64,000 nt of DNA from Pavona decussata (taxonomy: Eukaryota), in the NCBI GenBank assembly GCA_977016875.1, contig CDRNST010000233.1, forward strand, positions 2,108,001 through 2,172,000, in the 5' to 3' direction. Below the pieces are notes generated by a model. The model ran no database searches. It was not told the DNA's origin and saw nothing but the letters and a program-made list of their open reading frames with translations. A program made the translations under genes and the position numbers. Shown here piece by piece: positions 13,339 to 25,300 of this stretch. The number at the start of each line of letters is the position of its first letter. The stretch's first letter is position 1.

Positions 13339-16055
13339 CCTAAAGGAGACCAATCTGGGCGTGGTCCAAGCTTTTCTTGACCCCCTAAAAGAGACCATTT
13401 TAAAACACAGACAGATATGTATTTTTATATTTCTTCGCATGCAACCCTTAACGAGATCTTCACGGATAAATATAATGGCGTTTTGCTCAGAAGACACTAA
13501 GTGAGACCAAAATCCGAAATTTACAACCCTAACTAAGAGAGACGACAAGCATCGAAGAAAACAAGTAAACTTTTCGTTGTTTTGCTTCCCCCAGGCGCTC
13601 GGTTTACTGGATCCCAAGACGATTAACATGTTCTATTTCACTGGTCCGAAACAAACCACCCCTAACTGCCCGATAGAGATGGCTCCCGACTTTAACCCTT
13701 CTGGGTCGGCAAGCTACATTCCTGGAGGCAAATACTGTAAACAAAACGGGCGCTATAATAGACCTTTCTTTACGACGAGACCTGGGCCCAAGTATGAGGA
13801 GTGGACTACTTGTGCACACGAGGGAAGGCCTGGGCACCACACGCAAGTAAGTGATGGGAAGAGGTGATTTATTTTTTTTGTCATAAACAAAGTAGAAGGT
13901 GATAATCGAGTTAGCAAGAGATAACATTTATTTATTTTTGTAAATTTGTGTGCTTCGACTACAGTTTTGAGAGCTCGGGTAGCTGCAGTTTCTGTCGTTA
14001 ACTCGCGTTTTCCTCAAATGTATACACTACGATGGTGTTCCCATTACAGAGGTAGAGTTAACATGAGTTTTGTTCTTTCAAAAACCAAGCGATTGTTCGT
14101 GATTTAACAAATCGACGGCAGTTTTCTATGGTCTATACTCTTATAGACCATACTGATGACGTCAAAAATGTTCAAAACTCAAGTGGAACCACGAGCTGCA
14201 GGCAAGCGGTTTCACTGCCATGTTTTGGACATTATATGGCGTCATTTTATGGTCTATAAGAGTATAGACCGTAGAAAACTGCCGTCAATAACATGGAGAA
14301 AGTACGCGTGGAATTGGCTTTATTTTCCGTTAAGAAAGCGCGCGCGTTGCATCTGACGTTATAATTTTATTGTCTGTATTCTTATAGACAATAGCTATGA
14401 GCCAATCAGCGTGCGGGGATTTTGACAGTCATTGTAAAAAAATGAACTCTCATATAATGTGGACGTCCGCATGCAAGTAAGGAGAGGTTCGACTGTTTTA
14501 GCAGTGGGTAATCATTACATGAAATCCTCATTCAGTGAACATTCACAAATTAAGTGTCTTCTTATAATTCATGCTGCTTGGAATGTTCATAGTTAACAAA
14601 AGGCAATGATTATGAAGACTGACAAACTACTTTGTTATGTGTTTTTGATGTCATTTTGGCCATGACCGTGTACAGACCATAATATATCAGATTTTGAAAT
14701 GTATTGGACCAACTGACTAATAGAAACGTTCCTGTTAAGATATGTTACTGTAGTGTGATTATTAAAACAAAGGATTGTGCACAATTCCGGCGGCCCTTCC
14801 AACATAAATTACAGCACCATTGTTGTCATGGCAAGGTTTCATGACCAGTCCCTCAATAAACTATAATATGTTAGAGAAAATTAGTCACGTAGTCACCTTG
14901 TCTTACCACAGGCACAAGGTTTGGAGGAGCACTTCAGGGACAGCTGTGGTGGAGTAATTAAGTGGCTGGATCAAGGAACTAATTACATTGCGTTCAGTGA
15001 AGGCTGGGCTATGTATGCTGAGAATCCTTTGATAGGAGAAGATACTGACACATACAAGGATGAACCCTGGCAGAAATATGGAATGCTTAAAATGCAGGTC
15101 AGTTCAACCAGCTTCCACTGCCACCTCTCCTAACGAAAACGTTATTACGACTAGGAAAGTCTTCTAGAAAGCTTCCATACAAATACAACAGCCTTTAAAG
15201 TTCAGAACGCCAATTTGTTCTTAACAAATAGATTCCATTTTTGGAATCACATTTGTGCGTGCCAAATTTGTACATAAAAATGTGACAATAAAACAATACA
15301 CAAGAGCCATAGTTCACTCGCATGCGTCACACGGCGAAATGACGTCATCTATATGTCTGCTCTCTAAAAGATCATGGCCAAGAGGCAATAGCAACGCGCG
15401 GAGAATATTTATGATAAAGCATAACAATAAGCACCACAATTTTCAAAACAGTGTAATTTGTATTCTAAATTGGAATCCTTCATCCCCGTAAAGTCCAGTC
15501 GAGCTGCATGCGAAGCGATAGGGACATTACTCTAATTGATATTTGATGTTAAATTTTCACACTTAATCTGACTGCAATATTTCAACATGTTGCCATACTG
15601 CTTTGCAGGTTTGGCGCGCTCTGCGTTTAATTGTGGACTCTGGTTTGCACTTCAAAGGATATTCCAGACAAAAGGCACTCCAGTTCTTCGCTGACTTCGC
15701 TTGGGATGAGAGTGAAAAAGAAGTCACTCGTTACCAGAGCGCTTTCGGCCAAGCAACTGCTTACATGATTGGTCAACAGCATTTTAAGAAACTAAGAAAC
15801 TATGCACAGAAGACACTAGGCGATAAATTTGACCTTCGAGACTTCCACTATCACGTGCTATCCCAGGGTTCGTCGCCGCTGAGCCATTTGGAGCAGAGTA
15901 TACAGGCTTACGTCAACTGTGTGAAGAACGAAAAGGCTCCTGGGTGCGATTTGATACTTAATCCCGTTGTGAAAGACAAGAACGGCGGAGGCGACGACGT
16001 CATTGACGACAGCATTGATCGACCAGTCAAAAGGCCGAGACGTCATTACTTTTGA
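7874..16055 (+). CDS. DUF885-family zinc-metallopeptidase-like protein with N-terminal membrane anchor, paralog A (761 aa, 7 coding exons)
   Basis: Exons 7874-8612, 9677-9851, 10598-10856, 11135-11362, 13595-13846, 14912-15097, 15609-16055. All GT-AG, phases 1,2,0,0,0,0, total 2286 nt with an open frame. DUF885 motifs HEGRPGHH, FSEGWAMYAE, RALRLIVDSGLH, EVTRY...GQATAYMIG, FDLRDFH. N-terminal hydrophobic helix. Confidence 0.9.
8735..9005. mobile_element. Non-autonomous Penelope/retrozyme-like foldback insertion in intron 1 of DUF885-A
   Basis: ~80-bp inverted arms (8824-8905 vs 8926-9007) plus a tail. 12-bp TSD tctactttcttg (8723-8734, 9006-9017). Homologous to the hammerhead-bearing element at 24350-24670. 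Confidence 0.7.
12291..13023. mobile_element. Tc1/pogo-like non-autonomous DNA element in intron 4 of DUF885-A
   Basis: Imperfect TIRs (...ggaacccg.. tacggacac / gtgtccgta...cgggttccgctata), repeated subterminal gtgtccgt motifs, absent from paralog B. Confidence 0.55.
14102..14437. repeat. Palindromic interspersed repeat
   Basis: Inverted arms gacggcagttttctatggtctatactcttatagaccat / atggtctataagagtatagaccgtagaaaactgccgtc. Confidence 0.6.
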
Positions 16056-16145
16056 TTTTCAAAGTTTTATGTAAAGTTTACCTGATAATTTAAGCTTACC
16101 AGGAAGTCATGATTTTTTTTAAATCACCTACGTTTTTTTAGGAGT

Positions 16146-16263
16146 TAGTCTGAAATGTCAGCCGTCTCCTCCCCCTAACCCACAGGGGGCGCGGGAGAGA
16201 GAGACTCTCTCTCCCGCGCCCCCTGTGGGTCAGGGGGGAGGAGACGGCTGACATTTCAGACTA
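16146..16263. repeat. Near-perfect 118-bp palindrome (hairpin MITE) ~90 nt after the DUF885-A stop
   Basis: tagtctgaaatgtcagccgtctcctcccc...gagagag|ctctctc...ggaggagacggctgacatttcagacta with one mismatch and one extra G. Absent in paralog B. Confidence 0.85.
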
Positions 16264-16674
16264 TTAAAGAGTCACTTTGCTGGCAGTGCTTCAAATACTA
16301 ACGGAATTCAACATGAATTCAGCATTAACTTTTATATAGCAGATCCAGAGAACTATTCTATCGTGCAAGACCAGCTCCAACGTATCAACTCCACACATTT
16401 CGGGGGGCAAACGTTAGCTATATTTCAGTCTGACTTGATATGTGGATGATTAAAAAAGTATTCAAAAATCGGTTTGATTCGGGCTTGCTGGCGCCCTCAT
16501 CAACAATCACGCGATAGAAATTTCGAGGTAATAATCTAATTGTTAAATAAAAAATTAACCTCATCTCCTCATGAAAGAAGTATTCACTCCCCCCGCAGTA
16601 CTATTCAAATACTCTGAATACCGGCTGGGATCGGCGTTTTCCCATTCCCTTCTCTTGGCTCCTTTATGATTCCT

Positions 16675-17330
16675 TTTTTTTTCAATTTTTTTATTATTAT
16701 TCACAACATATTACTTACACTACTTAACAACTGAATATAATGCTTACGTAACTCACAATATAATACTTTACACTTAAACACAGACATGCACAAAACGAAA
16801 CTTGCTAATCAATAAATTGTGGCACATACAATATGTATTTAACAGAAATATCATACAACCTAAAAGACGCTACATCTACTTACATTATAAAAGGTTACAT
16901 GGCAGCTAAATAAAATAATAACAATAGAATTGATAACAAAAGTAACTAAATGGGAAAAATAAAGACGTGGCAGCCGCTGGTGATATACTTGTTCCATTTG
17001 CGGTTAAAACTGGATTCAGTCATGTTTGGTGAATTTGTTGATCTTAAATTCTATTTGATAAATATAATAAACTTTAGAGATAAATAATCTCAGCGACGGG
17101 TGAGTAAGTTTGCTTCTGCAGTCGTAAATATTTTGCCTGGCAAGGATTAGTAGATGGTTAAGTAAGAGAAAATCCTCCTTTCTGTCCCAAATTGCAAAAC
17201 GCTTATCCATCTCAGATAGTTTTTCAAGTTCAATGTGTATATTATTGCACCACTGAATAAATTCCAGACAAAACCTCTCTGTTATGAGGCATGAAATGAA
17301 TAAATGCTCAAGGGAAACAGAAATTAATGT
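16675..17330 (-). mobile_element. L1/Tx1-type LINE 3' fragment
   Basis: Translation SLEHLFISC...LLNHLLILARQNIYDCR resembles the ORF2 C-terminus of L1/Tx1 LINEs. A-rich tail toward 16675. Absent from unit A. Confidence 0.65.
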
Positions 17331-17789
17331 ATCAAAAACCAAACTGATAGATGAACTTAAACAGCTGTGCTGGCTTACAGTGGTATCATTGTTCAGTTTG
17401 AGCCTGAAACCAATGCCGGTTACAGCAATCATAATGAATCGCTGAACTCTGCATATCACTGCGAAACAATTTTTTTCAAACCAGCTGTTATTTAAAGATT
17501 ATCTGTTACAAAACGTTACAGAGATAAACGGTAAAGTTTGATAAACAGTCTTGCGTGGCCGGTAAGTGTCCGATTACTGCCGGAAACCTGTTAGAAAACT
17601 ATTAACTTTTTACAGCGATGCTATGAACGAAAGTCGTACTGAGACGAAACCAGACGGCGAAATCAAGCGATGATTTTTTGGAAACGACTGGTGAATATTG
17701 ATTGATTATCAATTGCCTTCTACCAATCGATGACAATTTATTACTGCCCTCCATCGACCGCCGCTGTTCCTGAATATTTATCATCTAAA

Positions 17790-18100
17790 TTTGTTAAACG
17801 AAATGAAACGCGTTACTCCCTGGGGGGATTCTGTTAACAAACTATTTCCGCCGTTTCCGCGTTTTAATTTCATGAAAAACAGCTTTAGTTATAGCGGAGC
17901 AGTTCTCTGGAACAGCCTGCCCTGTGATGCGAGAGAAACTAAATCTTTAAGTCAATTTAAAAGATTAGTTAATCTTCATTTCTAATGTTAGAGTATACAC
18001 GGCATTCATGAAAAACAGGCTTTAGTTAGATTAGTTGTAGATAGTTTTTGCATTTTGTTTAGGACAGTTAGGTTATTTCTAATTTTTATACTCCTGAATA
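17790..18100 (+). mobile_element. CR1/L2-type LINE 3' fragment
   Basis: KNSFSYSGAVLWNSLP...SLSQFKR, the typical RT C-terminal motif of CR1/L2 LINEs. Confidence 0.7.
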
Positions 18101-18101
18101 G

Positions 18102-19714
18102 TTTACTGAAACGTCATTTCATGATCCATTACTGTTATCACTTTTGATCATTTTTAATCGAATGTATACCAACTTCGGCCACCGAATCTAATCGAACTCA
18201 ATTAAAGTTCCATTGGGTTCGGTTGATCCATTTTTTTTTGTGAGAGTTCGACTGTGTTCGATTGTCGAACTCAATCGAACCCAATCATTTGATTAAGTTC
18301 GATAAATGAAACGTTCGATTTGGTTTGAGTAGTTTTGTCGGGATTAAATCACTTGTAAATTGATATATTCGAAGCATGTTTTTGATCAGTGCGAACTCTG
18401 ACCCCTTACTTCCTCGAAGGACTCGAGTTGTGAACGCGACACTCGTCACTAAACTTTAGCACTAAATCGTTCAAACGTGAGAGGACAGTGATCATATCGA
18501 CTCTAAACGTTTTGCTTTCTCTTAAGGTAGTTCTACTACAGTCGAACCTCGATTATCCAGACTCGTCGGGACCTCGGTGAATAGTCCGGCTAATCGAGAG
18601 TTCGGATAATCGAGGTTTGACTGTAGCTTGCAAATTTGAAGCATTCACCGACATGGTCAGTCGAGTCTGAGGCCGCACGTGAAGATCGACGTCACACGCA
18701 AGAGATTAGGATGCTTGACTGACGAAGTAAGGTATGCGTGACTGATTGGCATTTTGCCACAGCGGTATTGATTTCTTTCTGATAGTCAAAGTTTGGATCG
18801 TTGCAGAGATATCGCAGAAGTTACCTTCAATTTTCCTCCAGCAAACTTCATTACAAAAGGTAATATTACAATCCATAATGACTTAATTTAAACCTCGACA
18901 CATTCAGCGTAGTATATTTAATAAATGTTATATCAGTCTTGCCAGTCTGACTTGCAAACTTGATATACACGTCAAGCAAACCGCTCTACAGATACTGAAT
19001 ACTTCACCTATTAGACTGCAGTGGATCAGAAGTTGTATAATAAGTGCATTTTGAGAGTTATTATTTGCTCTAGCATAGAAACGAAGTTGTTTCGTTTCAT
19101 TTCAGTGTATGAACCGAGGAGGAAAATTCTCGATTGGAAATGTATTCTGACCGACAGTTACTGTTTGTAGTGGTTTTCAGCTGCAAATTTGCAAGCTAGT
19201 AGAAATACCTTGAGAGAACGCAAAACGTTTAGAGTCGATATGATCACTGTCCTCTCACGTTTGAATGATTTAGTGCTAAAGTTTAGTGACGAGTGTCGCG
19301 TTCACAACTCGAGTCCTTCGAGGAAGTATCGGGTTAGAGTTCGCACTGATCAACCACATGCTTCGAATATATGAATTTACAAGTGATTTATAATCCCGAC
19401 AAAACTACTCGAACCAAATCGAGCGTTTCATTTATCGAACTTAATCAAGCGATTGGGTTCGATTGAGTTCGACAATCGAACACAGTCGAACTCTCACAAA
19501 AAACAAAAAAACAAAATGGATCAACCAAACCCAATGGAACTTTAATTGAGTTCGATTAGGTTCGGTGGCCAAAGTTATAATAATAATAATTTATTATTTA
19601 TATAGCGCGCGAATCATAAACAGATGCTCTCGCGCGCTTAGTTGTTGGCATACATTCGATTAAAAATGATCAAAAATGACAACAGTAATGGATCATAAAA
19701 TGACGTTTCAGTAA
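18102..19714. repeat. Inverted duplication: arms 18102-18642 and 19180-19714 around a ~540-bp spacer
   Basis: Direct reverse-complement match over ~450 bp; each arm has its own later insertion. Confidence 0.85.
18539..18623. mobile_element. Tc1/mariner-pogo-type MITE with TA TSD
   Basis: TIR cagtcgaacctcgattatcc / ggataatcgaggtttgactg flanked by TA. The empty site is visible in the other inverted arm (gcaagctagtagaa, ~19191-19204). Confidence 0.8.
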
Positions 19715-19737
19715 AGCTACATCAACCTATTGTATTG

Positions 19738-20106
19738 TACTCCAATATATGAGCTATATAGGTATATAGGTATGCTATATAGGTATGTGCTTCTGTGAAG
19801 GGTATTGTTTTCAGCGAGTTTACTCTCGAATAGGGTATAGAAATCAGAGAGTTTTGGCCTAGAATAGGGTATCATTTTCTGCGAAACTAATCAGTTGCTT
19901 GAAGAATTTAGTCTGAGAAAGTTTCCCGGTAAATGACATTTAAAAATCGGAAATAGGTCTAGGATAGGGTAGGGATTTTCGGTGTTTACTCTAGAATAGG
20001 GTTGCAAAATAAGGTTATAACATGGTCTAGTATAGGTAAAGGTTCTCAGAGTCCCAGCGGTACACCTCCAGCTAAAAATGTGGGAGTACCCCCCCCCCCC
20101 CCCCCG
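19738..20106. mobile_element. GGGGTACTCC-family MITE (5'-truncated)
   Basis: gctatataggtatgtgc...aagggta, repeated agaataggg motif, ends ggagtac(C)n-g, like the element at 41374-41684. Confidence 0.6.
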
Positions 20107-21089
20107 AGATTGATTCGTATTACTAAGAAATAGTTATAATCGACCGAAATATTACAATAAAGCAAATAATAAAATCTGAACTTACGTTACAATTTTAAGG
20201 CAAATTTATGTAACGCAATACGTGACAGTACGTGACAACGAGTGCGATTCGATTCTCACGGCCGTCTAGTTTAGCCTGTGAGCAGGCTCCCAAGTGGCGT
20301 AAAATCGGCGAGCCGGGCGAGCGGAGTGCGATTTTTTTCTTCGCCCTATACCCCACTTGGGAGCCTGTTCACAGGCCTTTATAGTTAGGTTCGATTTCCA
20401 CCGCTCCCTCGGGTCGCTCGGGTTTCTCGGGTCTTTCCGACTAGACAGTGGTGTCTTTTTTCAAACAGCCGCTGTGCGATTGCATTCCGGGATTCAATTG
20501 AATCTTTTCTTTTTTTGACATCGTGTATAAATAAAGGCAACCTACCTACCTACCTACCTACAATTCAAATAAATTCATTCCTGCTATAGAGAGTAAACAG
20601 GATCAAACAGCACTCATGGATCAACTGCAACGTTTCCCGAATCAAAAAAGCAATTAAGGCGGAGGGTTTTGCTGACGGGTTTAAGATGCTTAAATGCATT
20701 CAGTACATGATAATCGTCGTGTTTTGAGTCGCAGTGAGGCAATCCCTTCTTTCCACGGTTACCTCTTGCCAAGAGAGGATGATCCTCTCTTGCTCTTGCC
20801 TAATCTCTCCACCACGCTCTACCCTGTGTCTGTACCACCATCTTTCTTCCACATAAGTAACTACCCCAACTCTTGTATGCCACTCAGCTCTCATAAGGTC
20901 TCTCGTAATTGACTTGCAACCCTTCTATTTAACGATTATGAGCTCGAGATTTCTATCGCGTGATAGCTGATGAGGGCGCAGCCCAAATCAATCGAGTGCG
21001 AATAATCTAACTGTTTTAGTTTAAATCTTCTAGTCGTGCAGAACTAAACAAGTAAATTATCGATATCCTCATCGCAGACACTTCGAAAA

Positions 21090-21254
21090 CGAGATTTCAG
21101 TCACTTTTATATACAGAGGCATTTACCTCGCAGTTGCGCAACGGCGAGATTTCAGTCACTTTTACATACAGAGGGGTTTACCTCGCCGTTGTACAACGGC
21201 GAGATTTCAGTCTCTTTTATATACAGAGGCATTCACTTCGCCGTTGTACAACGG
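21090..21254. repeat. 55-bp minisatellite, 3 copies, with palindromic junction
   Basis: Units start at 21090, 21145 and 21200 (cgagatttcagtcacttttatatacagaggc...). The junction forms the 22-bp palindrome ctcgccgttgtacaacggcgag. Confidence 0.85.
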
Positions 21255-21934
21255 CGGCGTTTCGATCTGTAATATATAATTCTTTTACTGTAATTTACAT
21301 ATTGTAAAGTTAGCGAATTTTTACTCGTTCTGTATATTGAAACAATCACATAATATGTGAAAGTTTTTAGCGATTTCTCCAAAATTCACAGGAAGAACTT
21401 GAAAAAGTTGGCCAATTTTTTCAAGTTGCAATCCATCTCTCTCCTAGAGATCTGCAAACACAAATGATTGATGCTAGTTTCTGCATCCAAGTAAGGTCAT
21501 TTTTGACAAAATTGAACCGTTATTTTAACGTTATCATGAATACAAATATGTTTTCTCTTTATTCAAAGTGGAATTTAAAATAGGTGATACTACTCCTTTA
21601 AGTGTTCAAAATTTAAAATTCGGAAATATACTAAATTCTTCTCATTACTTATAAAGCAGTTCACGGCATGCGGACACCAGACTACATCTGAAATAAATAT
21701 CAGTCATAAAACATTCACCAGACTGATATGATAAGCACTGAGGTCTAATGAAAAAAAAAAGAGGTTCTTTATAGCAAGATGCTCACAACACGTGGAGCAA
21801 GGGCATTCTCTTCTGCTGTTCCAAATCTGTGGAACAACCTACCAAGAGACATTAGCGGTCTCTATTCTCTATCTAGGTTTTAGCACAATCGTAGCCTCTT
21901 AGACTCGCTTTTAATTTGCAATCTCATTATCTTA

Positions 21935-22177
21935 CGCCCCATTCACACAAAGGCTTAAACACGTTTAAAAGCTGTTTAGTTAAACACAGTTTAAAATTGT
22001 TTCCTTCATTAAAGCTGCTTTCGGATTTTTGTTGACTACAAACTTAGCACAAATGACAGCTTAAGTTAAAGTTAACTTGAATTCTATGTCAAAGCCAATG
22101 GTTGAGCTTTCTGTTACCAATTTCCATTTTGTTAAACCTGGTTTAATTAAACATGTTTTGTTGGTGTGGATGGGGCT
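21935..22177. mobile_element. PIF/Harbinger-like MITE
   Basis: TIR gccccattcacac / gtgtggatggggc with TTA on both flanks. Confidence 0.5.
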
Positions 22178-22350
22178 TTAGTTAATTTTTACTATGCTTG
22201 TAAATTTTGTGTATATTAAGTACCATTTTTCTTTATGATTCCTGATACAGAATGAAAACCATGAGTAATGCACATCATTTACCTTCCTGTTTAGGTTACG
22301 TCATCTACAGCAAGTGAGGCTCGCTGCTGATTGGTTCATTGTCTTCAGCT

Positions 22351-25300
22351 ATGCGCGTTCCCATTATCTTCCCAGTGTTAGCAGTATCCCTGTCTGTCGT
22401 TGGCTTGGTGTGTCTAATCACTGGCGTTGTTTTGCTGACACGTGCTAAACAATGTGACGAAGCAGATACGGCTACTGATCAATGTTCTTACTCTGATGAA
22501 GCCAGGCGAAGTGGTTTGGACGCGTTCTTCCAAAAAGTTCAAGACAGCTATTATCGACTGCACCCGAATAAGATCGCATACAAGCCGGGAGTTTCATCGT
22601 ATGAGATACGGCAAAAATACCGGTCTTATAACCCTTCGCCGAGTAATATCAAACTTGTGACGGATGAGGCTTGGCGCCTACTGGATGAGGTAAACAAAAC
22701 GGATTTGGAGTTACATAAACTTAAGTCCCGCGAAAAGAAAGCACTGGCCCAAATAAAACATTATTTACAGCACGTGTTTGGGGCACCCTATGATGTCAAT
22801 TACTACGCTGGTGATTTTTTGTTGGGCCCTAATCTTTGGTGTTGGCAGCCGTTGTGTGACGTACCGTATGAAATCAAAAGCAGTCTGCCTCATTTCAAGC
22901 CAAACAACACAAAAGACTTGGACAACTTGAAAAATAAGCTTACTGAGGTTAAAGAGACGTTCATTCAGTACCAGAAAAACATGGAGTATGGTGTGAAAGT
23001 TGGAATGGTTCGCTCCACAGAACAGTGTACAGCAGGGATAAACGGACTGACTTCTTTTTTCCGAATGATATCGAGTAAAGGGGCTCACGGTAAGGACTAG
23101 TGTTGAGGTTGTCACACGTACCTTTCAAGGGTGTTTTGGTGTCAGTTGGAGGTCAGTTTGAAAGTGTCTACAAAAGGTCAGGTTTGGTTTTTCGCTTGAA
23201 TAACCTTTAGTGGTCGGATTTACATGGAATTGGAGCTTTGCCCTCAAAATAAATAAAAACTTTTAGTATAATCTCGTATCGTATAACCGGGCTTGAGTTT
23301 ACTGACTAATCCGAAAGACTGTGTACTTGGTCGAATTGGAATTTGGAAATGTTGGTTTTTGTGGACCAAAGACGAGAACCATCAACAAACTCACGTTCGT
23401 AAGAGGCGGTTGCTCTCTTCTCTGTTCCACCCCCTACTGACCGAAAACGGGTGTACTCTTGCGGATTGGCCTCCAGGCATTACACGGTATTAAACGAGCA
23501 ACTAATTTAAAAAAATCTTTGAAAAAGTTTTGTCAAATATTTTTGCCATCACCTTCCTAGTAGCTTTTCAGTTATAGTACAAACACATTTTGTTAAGGAA
23601 GACGAGACATATATAAGAAGTAGGGTGAGTTCTAGAAATGTTGTTTTACCACACTTTTCTGGAAAATTAAAACAGCTTAAAAGATTATAACATAGGCCAT
23701 TTCCGAGTTGCTTTAAGCCTCATTATGAAAGTGCGGCTTCGTGCATAGTTTTAATGATAAAAATTACTTTTCATTTTTATGTAAACATCACGAATTTTCG
23801 CATATAAAGCCGGCTTTCGTAATTGGATTCAGAGCAAGTCTGAAAAAAGCAACACCATCTTTGATCACATCATAGGCCCTCAGCAGCGCTTTAAAGGTCT
23901 TAAGAACCCACAATATTACCCGAATGTACTCTATTTACTCTAATTTCACTTTACCATTGTTTTCCTCAAGGAATCTTCGAGGAGAGTTTTGTCCAACGCC
24001 TTCTCCAGCCAGAATTTATTGAGACACTTACGAACAATACAGAAGAAAACAATTCGTGGGAAAGCAAACATCGAAAGTCTGTGAATGAATCTTTGAGAGA
24101 GTTTATTGTCGACAATATAGGGAAACCTATAGACGACCTCTTTACGTAAGTAAATTCTGGCGCTGACGGTTATCAGCGTTGGGAACAAAAACTAGCTTTA
24201 AGGGCAAGTAATACGGGCAACATTTTCTTGCAACTTGCCCTCTCAACAAATGTTGCGTTGCAAGTTGCGATTGTTTGCTACCCCGATTACCCCCCTCGTG
24301 CGCAAGAAATGTTCAGGTGACCGAAAATTTGTTGCGCGCGGAGGGCCCGCAAACGAAAATGCTGCAAGTATACGCAGGATCTGTAAAAGATCTAATCAAC
24401 CAAAAATATAAGCAAAAAGTAGAACAACCAACGCGAGTGCCTGGATTTGAGCCCATCCGAAATCACTACCACGTGCATTTGGTAGACCACTCGACTTGCG
24501 TTGGTTGTTCTACTTTTTTCTGTGCTTCACCGTGCTGACGAGAGCCAACAAGCTCGAAACAGCTGTCTGCGGTTGCCGCATTCTCTCGATTCTCGATTTG
24601 GTCTCTATCATTTCGCTGTCGTGTTAAGGTTTCAACGCAGACCGATGAGCCTTGCACAAATTTGAGTCAGTAATATAAAGGACGGTGCCTCCTTTTCGCT
24701 ACTGTGCATACGTTCTGCACCTCTCGGGGGAAGGACGGAAGGGCAGCAGAACAAGCTAAGATAATTTTGCGCGGTAAACGTCTATGCGGATCTTACTAAG
24801 TTCTTAGATCTTTTTAATGGTTATTGAAATCCAAAAAGAAAATTAGGGGTAGTACCACGCATTTTTAGATAATTAAGATTCAATTGGAACGAAATGCCAT
24901 ACACTGTTGTGTATTTTTAGAACCTGAGTGGCTACTCCCAATAGATTTGCTTTCCCGCATAGCCATTACATGCGGAAAAATACCTTTGCATTAGAAGGGA
25001 AGCTGCTATAGAATGTAGAGGAATGCAAGTGACGCATGTGTAGGCCAAGGAGGACCAAGAATGGTAGTCAGTGGTCAAGCGTCCAATCGTCGAGTCCATA
25101 GAAATCAGTTTGGATCATTGTCTGAATGTTGGTCCAGTATGCTCAGGAATCACCTCTTCTTATGCATTTCTGTGATTTTCCGTGGAAACACTATTTTCAT
25201 TGTCTTTTACTTTGTGCTGTGCAGACCAATATTCAAAACGATAGAAAAGAGTTGTAAAACTACTGCTTTGGGAACTTGACTCAACGGATAGTTCCCCAGT

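Larger units (their letters stand above)
5010..16315 (+). repeat. Segmental tandem-duplication unit A (DUF885 gene plus upstream region); unit B ~16480-32525
   Basis: Collinear matches: aaattaacctcatc..gaaagaagtatt at ~5085/~16552, ggtcagtcgagtc at ~5605/~18656, all exons, and ctggcagtgcttcaaatactaacggaatt at ~16280/~32489. Unit B is longer because of extra TE insertions. Confidence 0.85.

Noticed and set aside
20960-21000. Hammerhead-like CTGATGA-gggc(gca)gccc-aaatc
   Set aside because: Lacks GAAA plus stem III. It is the hairpin centre of a common MITE (copies at ~10265, ~16480, ~25500) whose other copies do not keep the core.
21090-21254. CRISPR-like array
   Set aside because: Inter-palindrome segments are near-identical rather than unique spacers; eukaryotic context with no cas genes.
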